Shown here: positions 57,382 through 64,000 of the stretch, in pieces | Layout of the letters: each line of letters begins with the position of its first letter | Numbering within the stretch: the first letter of the stretch is position 1 | NCBI RefSeq assembly: GCF_009914755.1 | Contig: NC_060938.1 | Strand: one strand, 5' to 3' | Length of the DNA stretch: 64,000 bases | Origin: the human T2T-CHM13v2.0 reference genome, Homo sapiens | Position numbers and translations under genes: made by a program | Notes under the pieces: model-generated | What the model was told of the DNA's origin: nothing | Seen by the model: the letters and a program-made list of their open reading frames with translations, nothing else | Database searches by the model: none

Positions 57382-60300
57382 AATGCTAACAAAAAATAAT
57401 TTGAATGATTGCCAGGGGTCCCCAAGAATGAGCTTTTTCTTTTAAAATTGGCCTGTACTTTCTTTGAGAAGCCTTGCCACGGGTAGAGGAGCTATTCAGT
57501 GCCTATTGAGTCAAAATTTGGCCTTAATATAAATGGGGAGGTTTTCCCTTGCCATGTTTGGTGCCTGCTAGGTATAGTCACTTGCTCTAATTTCAGTAGG
57601 GTGGTGGAAATTACCAATAGGCAGAAAAAGACAGCTTTGCTGACACCTATTTGGTTGAATTTTACAAAATGGAAGGATGAATAATACCTCAAAGGCAATC
57701 TGGTAGATTCTTTGAGGGAAAGAGATGTGTCTATTTACAGGGAATAAAGCTAAGCACATTGACTGTTCTTAGGTTAATGGAAAAGAATAAGGCTAGTGTA
57801 GGAGCCAGCAAATTATGTTTCCTCCATAATTAGAGTCTTATAAAAATATCAGCGTGAATTACTTGCTAAATACAAATTACAATTGTTAATGTTTGTTAAG
57901 AAAAATAATTCAATTTAGAGCAAGAATGAAAGAAATACAGGCACCCAAGAACAGGCACAGAATACAATCACTTTAACCAAAGCTTAGCATGGATTATTTT
58001 CCCCCACTTCAGCTTCAAGTTTATTCTAATCTTTTTCTGGGGGGCAGGAGACAGTCGGAGGGGAATGCATCTGTATGTCCCAGCTGTGTGGCTTCTGAGC
58101 CTGACACCCCTGTGCTCTAACAAGACCCAGGGAAGAAATCCTTAGCAGGCTCTTACCCTTATCAGAACAAAGCTATTTAGTTGCCACCTTAACTCCAGTA
58201 ATTAACTCAGTGGAGCAAATTTCCTTATTTCATGTAAGATGTGAGCCAAAACTCTCCTTGCTGCACTTCTTCTATCTCTGGGATAAAGCCAAACAGAGAA
58301 GAAACTCAAGGACCATAGAATCTTTCCTTGCTTTTAGTTTTCCTTTGAGGCCCTACCTCCCAACTCCCTCCTCACCTCTCTCCTTGACCACTGAGTAGTA
58401 CCACTACTCAGTTAATACTGAATTTTCTTCTTTTCCAAGCCCTGCAGTTTACTCTAGAATTTCTACTGACAAAGCCAAATCTTGCTGTGATTTTTGCCCC
58501 CATGGAGAAGCATGTATTATAGGAACAACTAACCCTTTATAACTTAGGAGGCCCTGGGGCTTCATTGCATTACAGAGTCATACAACCATAAATGCCCAGA
58601 CATACATCACCAGGGTTAAATCATTTTCAGTATGAAATGATGTAATCCAATTTGAACACTGCCTCAAACCCAGTGCCCTTCATGTGGTAAGTATTCAATA
58701 CATACCTAATATTTTAACTTTATTTATTTTTACCTCCTCCGATACAAAAAAATGTAAATAACCCTCAATGATCTGTAAAAAATCACTTAGTTGGAACACT
58801 TTGTTCATCCTCTAGCAATGTCTGATAAGTTAGTTATCATTACATCATGAATCATGATACTCCTCATCAGGCAGTAAAAATACAGTAATTTCGTTTAATT
58901 GAAGGGAAATACATGTTTACCTTGGTAAAACTTATATATTATCTTTAAATAAATAAAGGGTTATCTTGTTCAAATAGCTTAAACCCATAATCAAATGTTG
59001 CTTATAGAGGTCCTGCTTTAAGGATCTCATAATGATTTGCATATCATTAGCTTGTCAGAATACCATCCTAAACCTTGCTGATATCTGCTCTCTTTGCAGT
59101 TCATTCTTTGTTGCATCCAAGTATTACAGTAAGTTGTTCTCTGGCAATTTGTTTATACTAATGATTTGACAGTTATTTTTTGACCCTTGAATGACATAAT
59201 TATGTTAAATACAGTTTAGGCTAGCTTGTGTTCAAATTGACATGAATTTTTAAATTAGTAATGTTGGTATCTAGTATATGACAGAAATGAAAAATAACGT
59301 ATTTTGTATTTATGCAAGAAATTATCTGTACCGATCAAAACTGACCTCCGGACACAAGACCAGACTGGACTTGCATATGTTAATGGGAAACAAAATGGGG
59401 AAGGGGCTCCTAATTACTTAAGTTTATTAAGAATCCCAGGATACCTCTTAGAATGGTAGAGGTGATGTTAGCCCTTATGTCCTGGACATGATCCAGTTTA
59501 GGTAATTGCTAATTACAATCTGTCTACTTAATTCCCACGGCCCTTGCTTCTGAATGTTATTTTCTTCACTTAGCAATATTTAACTATTATTTGCTCTTGG
59601 TGTGTGACTGTTGGAACATCTGCTGATTCCTCCTTCTACGTTCGGCATGATTTGCTTTTCATTTGCTTATTTGATAATTATTATTTTCATATTATTTTTG
59701 TTCTAAATATGTCTATAGATAGAAAACAGAAGCCCTGTAAAAGTTTTAGATATTTTTTAACTGCGTGGGCTGGACTATGCTTTGTCAATCGAGCATACAG
59801 ACTTTCTGGATGTAAGTTTGGGAACAGTGGGCATACCACTGGCCCATGAAACACTCACTATAAGATAGTGTCAACTCAGAGGTGAATCACAGATAGACCA
59901 GGGTTTTCAGTGTCTTCAAAACTAGGGCTGAAATCCCAGCACTTAGGGGCTTATAAGTAGATCCCTCTAAGGATCTATCCTATTCTGGAGCCATTCCAAA
60001 ACAAGAGTACCTCTGTTTTGGGTGCTAGAGCATGCTTTATTTCAATCACAATTCAATGGAACTGAAGAACAGAATTAGAAAGTGATGAGTCAAAAATTCT
60101 TATTCACCGCAAATACAGGGCTAGATAAACTCCAGGTATTCCACACAGTTTCCATCCCTCTGAAGGAAGCGAGATTACTCTTGTGTCCGCTCAGCTATGA
60201 GCACCTTGATTTGGGATATATTGCTTGGAGTTCAGATGGAGAAGACATCCAGGTTTTATCTATAAACTACCCTCCATATCTCTAAAAGTTACTTAGAGGA

Positions 60301-61596
60301 AATCACTGAGTTGAAACTTCATTCATTCCCTAGCATTGTCAGATGAACTGAAGCATCTTTTTCAATAGTCAATATATCCTGAGCCTTCTTAGTGAACACA
60401 GTGCTTAGAACTTTCAATGAATTCACCTCTCTAAGATTATGGACTACATATTCCAAATGTGTAGATTTTGACCTAAATTTTACCCATTCTACAGAAAACC
60501 AACAAACTCCACCTCAGAGAGATGTTCTCACTATATCTACCCACCAGGGTACCAGTCTAAAAGGCCCCAATATTTTCTCCTGTGTTTTCTGAATAATTGT
60601 GTTTGAGCTAGAGCCGGGAGACTCCTCCTGTGGCTTTTATTAATGGACCAAAGTTTGGTTCCTGTGAGGACTGCAATGTGTGATTCAAATGCCCAGTCCA
60701 TGATTCAGCTAGTGAGGGGAGTAACCCATTTTATCAGTTGTGCTGTCTTCCACTGCTGTTCTCTATATTCCATCAGAGGAAACAAATGGCTTCTATTGTG
60801 CATAAGAATGCCATTTAGTCCCAAGCACCATTTGAAATGGAAATGAGGAGTAACAGTAACAGAAGAACATTGGCTAATAATTGTGCTCTGAATAGCCATT
60901 TGGCCATGTGGGCAGGGTAAAGGTAATTGTGTCCTAGAGTAATACATCTTCTGAGCATTCCCTGAGACTATAATTGCTATGTTGATGGGATGCATTTTTA
61001 AACATGTGATTGCGGCTCTTAGACTTAAAAAAAAATGGCTATTTTCAGAATGATCTGACTTTAAGATGTCAGGCAAGATTTTGAAGTCAGAATAACAACA
61101 CACAAACACAGATCTAAGATGTATTATTGTGTAGCTACTTGTCTAACTGCATTTTTTTTTCTTAAGTCTCACCCTGTCTTGGTGATACACAGATTAATAC
61201 TAACCTCCTACCAAACAATCCCTGTTGCCACTCTACTGAAAATACATTCTTGCCTTCCACAAGCAGAAGGCTGAGTGTCTTTGTGGCTTAGGAGAGAACA
61301 AAAACACATCTATGTATTCATTGCCTTGTTCACTTGCACAAACGGAGAAAACTCTTTGAAAACATCTTCCTTTCTCCTGAGTGAAAGAATGAGCAGGCGC
61401 TGCCTCCCCTGATTTACTGCACCCATCCTAATCAGGGTAGATGATTCTGATCTTGCATTAAACAATTACTATGCAGGCTCTGGGCTTAAGTTTTGACTTA
61501 AGTTTAGAAATTGAGTAGTTCCCACAATGCCCTCCATTTCTAAATGTATGAGAAGAGGATCAACAAAGAAAAAAATTAATGGGCTTTTGAATGAGC

Positions 61597-61599
<3 letters not shown>

Positions 61600-61647
<48 letters not shown>

Positions 61648-61663
61648 CAGAGAGACAGAGAGA
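61600..61663. repeat. (GT)14 followed by (GA)n/(GACA) compound microsatellite
   Basis: Directly visible. Confidence 0.95.
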
Positions 61664-61905
61664 GGCATGATCTTGGCTCCCTGCAACCTCCGTCTCCCGG
61701 GTTCAAGTGATTCTCATGCCTCAGCCTCCTGAGTAGCTGGGATTACAGGTGCCCGCCACCACACCTGGCTAATTTTTGTATTTTTTGTAGAGACCGGGTT
61801 TTGCCATGTTGGCCAGGATGGTCTTGAACTCTTGAGCTCAAGTGATCCGCCCACCTCAGCATCCCAAAGTGTTGGGCTTACAGGCGTGAGCCACTGTGCC
61901 TGGCC
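61664..61905 (-). mobile_element. AluS lacking its 3' terminus and poly(A)
   Basis: Begins at 'ggcatgatcttggctc' and ends 'ccactgtgcctggcc'. Confidence 0.93.
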
Positions 61906-62675
61906 AACAGAACATATTTTAATGTCTGAAAAAAAAGAAGAATCTACTTTAAACATCACCAGAAGGGATACACCCTTCGGTGTCCCCAGGCCTTGCTGGC
62001 TTGCTGTGGGTATAAAGCATTAATTCTTGTCATTTGCTGGTTATAGTCCTCCACCAAAACTCTTCAGTTCTTGGCCTCTAATTCAAGCTTTCTTCCAAGT
62101 TTCTCTCCACTCTCACTGTGTCATTTCTAGGAGGCCTCAGAGTTTTCCACGCTAGAACACAGTCGGTACTCTCATGTGTGTTTTCATTTTAGCCTCTTTG
62201 TTGATGTCTGCTGCCTGTCAATCCACCTGGGTTTGTAAAGTCCCTGAAGCAATTCCTGCCATGAGAATGTTCCTTCATCCAGAATGCTGCCTTCTATGCT
62301 CCCCAAACTCAAAGACCTTCAGGGACCAGTAAACTCAACTGCCCAAAGCCAAGCACAGCTGTCCACAGAATTGGGGCAGAGATTCTTCTCCATAGGACTC
62401 TGGCCTGGTGCATAGGTTTGGCTGAGGAAAAGACATGCTTTTCTCCTTCCCCTTTTCACTTCTATCCCTTTTCACCAGGACTCTTGAAGAATATTCTCAC
62501 AGGCCTCGTTTCCCCTCAGGTCAGAAAATATGTGCGGAACAGACCCTGAGATGCTGACTGTGCAAGGCTGTTCAGACCCAGTCAGGTCAGGCCCTGAATC
62601 CTTGTGATATGGAATGAGATATGATAAATTGGAAATTGTCTTTAATAAATTGCCATTCGTGATAATTCTAGTGAT

Positions 62676-63070
62676 AATTAATCTGCTGAGGCTGCTATAA
62701 AATATCATAGACTGAGAGGCTTAACCAATGTATTTCCACATAGTTTTGGAGGCTGGAAGTCCAGGATCAAGAACAAGGTGCTAGCCAATTGGCTTTCTGT
62801 GAGGGATCACTTCCTGGCTTGCAGTCAGCTGCCTTCTTGCTGTATTCTCATATCACCTTTCCTAGGCAGATGCATGCAGAGAGGGCAAGTGAGCTGAGCA
62901 AGCTCACTGGAGTCTTTTCTTGTAAGAACACTAATCCTATTGGATCAGGGCCTTCACTTTTGTGACCTCATTTATCCTCAATTCCTTAGAGGCCCCATCT
63001 CCAAATTCAGCCATATTAGGGGTTAGGGCTTCAACAGATGATTTTTGGGGCAAGTATTCAGTCTATGACA
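62676..63070 (-). mobile_element. MLT1A-group MaLR solo LTR
   Basis: 'ggctgctataaaatatcatagactg...tggaggctggaagtccaggatcaag...ggggttagggcttcaaca...attcagtctatgaca'. Confidence 0.85.
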
Positions 63071-64000
63071 ATCCTCATTTAAACTCATCAGGGACCATTG
63101 ATAAAATGCTATTCATTCTTCCCTATGCTGGTGTGGAAATTTGCCACCCAATGGATGCCTGCAATATATGCCAGAGACTTTAGGTACGCTGTGGCATGGC
63201 TTAGTGACTATGAGAAGACTGACATATTAGCTTGGACTAGCTTTTGTTAAGCAAATGGACTATTTTACAATCCAAGAAAATGAACAAAATTCCGTTTTAC
63301 TTACTCAAGATAAAAATGCATTGATACTGCAAGACATATCCTCACTGAAAGATAGGGTCACTTAAAATATCCCATTTAAATGCAAAGGACACTAGAAAGT
63401 ATAGCAAGACAAGGTAAAGAAAATAACAACCTTGCTAACATATGACTAAAATAGGAACTGGCAGCTGGGGGTGATGAGAGAAATGAAGGCAGTCAGCTAC
63501 ACACTGACTGCCGGGGAGCATCCTGCACCTCAGATAAGGGAGCTTCCGCAATGAATGCCTGGGCCTTTGGCTTTGTTTCAAGTCTTTTGATCTAGCGGAG
63601 TCCATAGGATCATTTTTCCCGTGGGCCAGACCTCTGGAGAAGCAATTGGCATTGTTAGTTTGCACTGTTAGTTCTGAAGCTAGTTTGGTAACAAAAAGTT
63701 ATTGTAGTAAGTGCACTTGTGTGTGTATGTGAGGGGTGTGGATAGATGATCATGTTCAAGTCTGTAGTAGAAAATTTCTAATTATTGAGTCTAGAGAACT
63801 AAGAATACTTATAGGAGGTAATTAATCCTTACCCGACATGTGGAAAATGTCTTATAACCCTTCTGTTTAATTTAACAAAAATATAGTCTACTGTTCAGAT
63901 GGTTACCACTCGGAGCAACTCAAACTATTTCCCTACAGATTTTCCTGTAGAGAATGAATGAGAAATTTTTTTGTTTGTTTAAGGCCTGAAATTTTACTAC

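Overview
This is primate, almost certainly human, genomic DNA. It is AT-rich and CpG-poor, with no recognisable protein-coding gene, RNA gene, CpG island or CRISPR array. Roughly 40-45% (by eye) is interspersed repeat: about 15 Alus (J/S subfamilies, most with readable TSDs), many MIR and L2 fragments, several L1s, about 10 solo LTRs (LTR33-like, MER39-group x2, LTR2B-like, MLT1A/C/D, MER67-like, THE1), a near-full-length Tigger1 and several hAT MITEs. The ORF track is explained by Alu, L1 ORF2, Tigger1 transposase and microsatellite sequence plus chance ORFs. I found no new biological system I can support. Six observations stand out. (1) A ~129-bp direct duplication brackets a ~250-bp orphan insert (48.9-49.4 kb). 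(2) An L1 inserted inside another L1 creates an in-frame chimeric ORF2 fragment. (3) One L1 is twin-primed, and a second L1 has a ~14-bp micro-inversion at its 5' junction. (4) L1s and LTRs are strongly biased to the minus strand, suggesting the window lies in an intron of a + strand transcript. (5) A + strand THE1 LTR keeps a DUX4 motif, TATA-like box and splice donor upstream of well-formed candidate exons. (6) An LTR2B-like solo LTR is intact and retains its CpGs. Repeat subfamily names come from recalled consensus sequences, not a database search, and boundaries of old elements are approximate.
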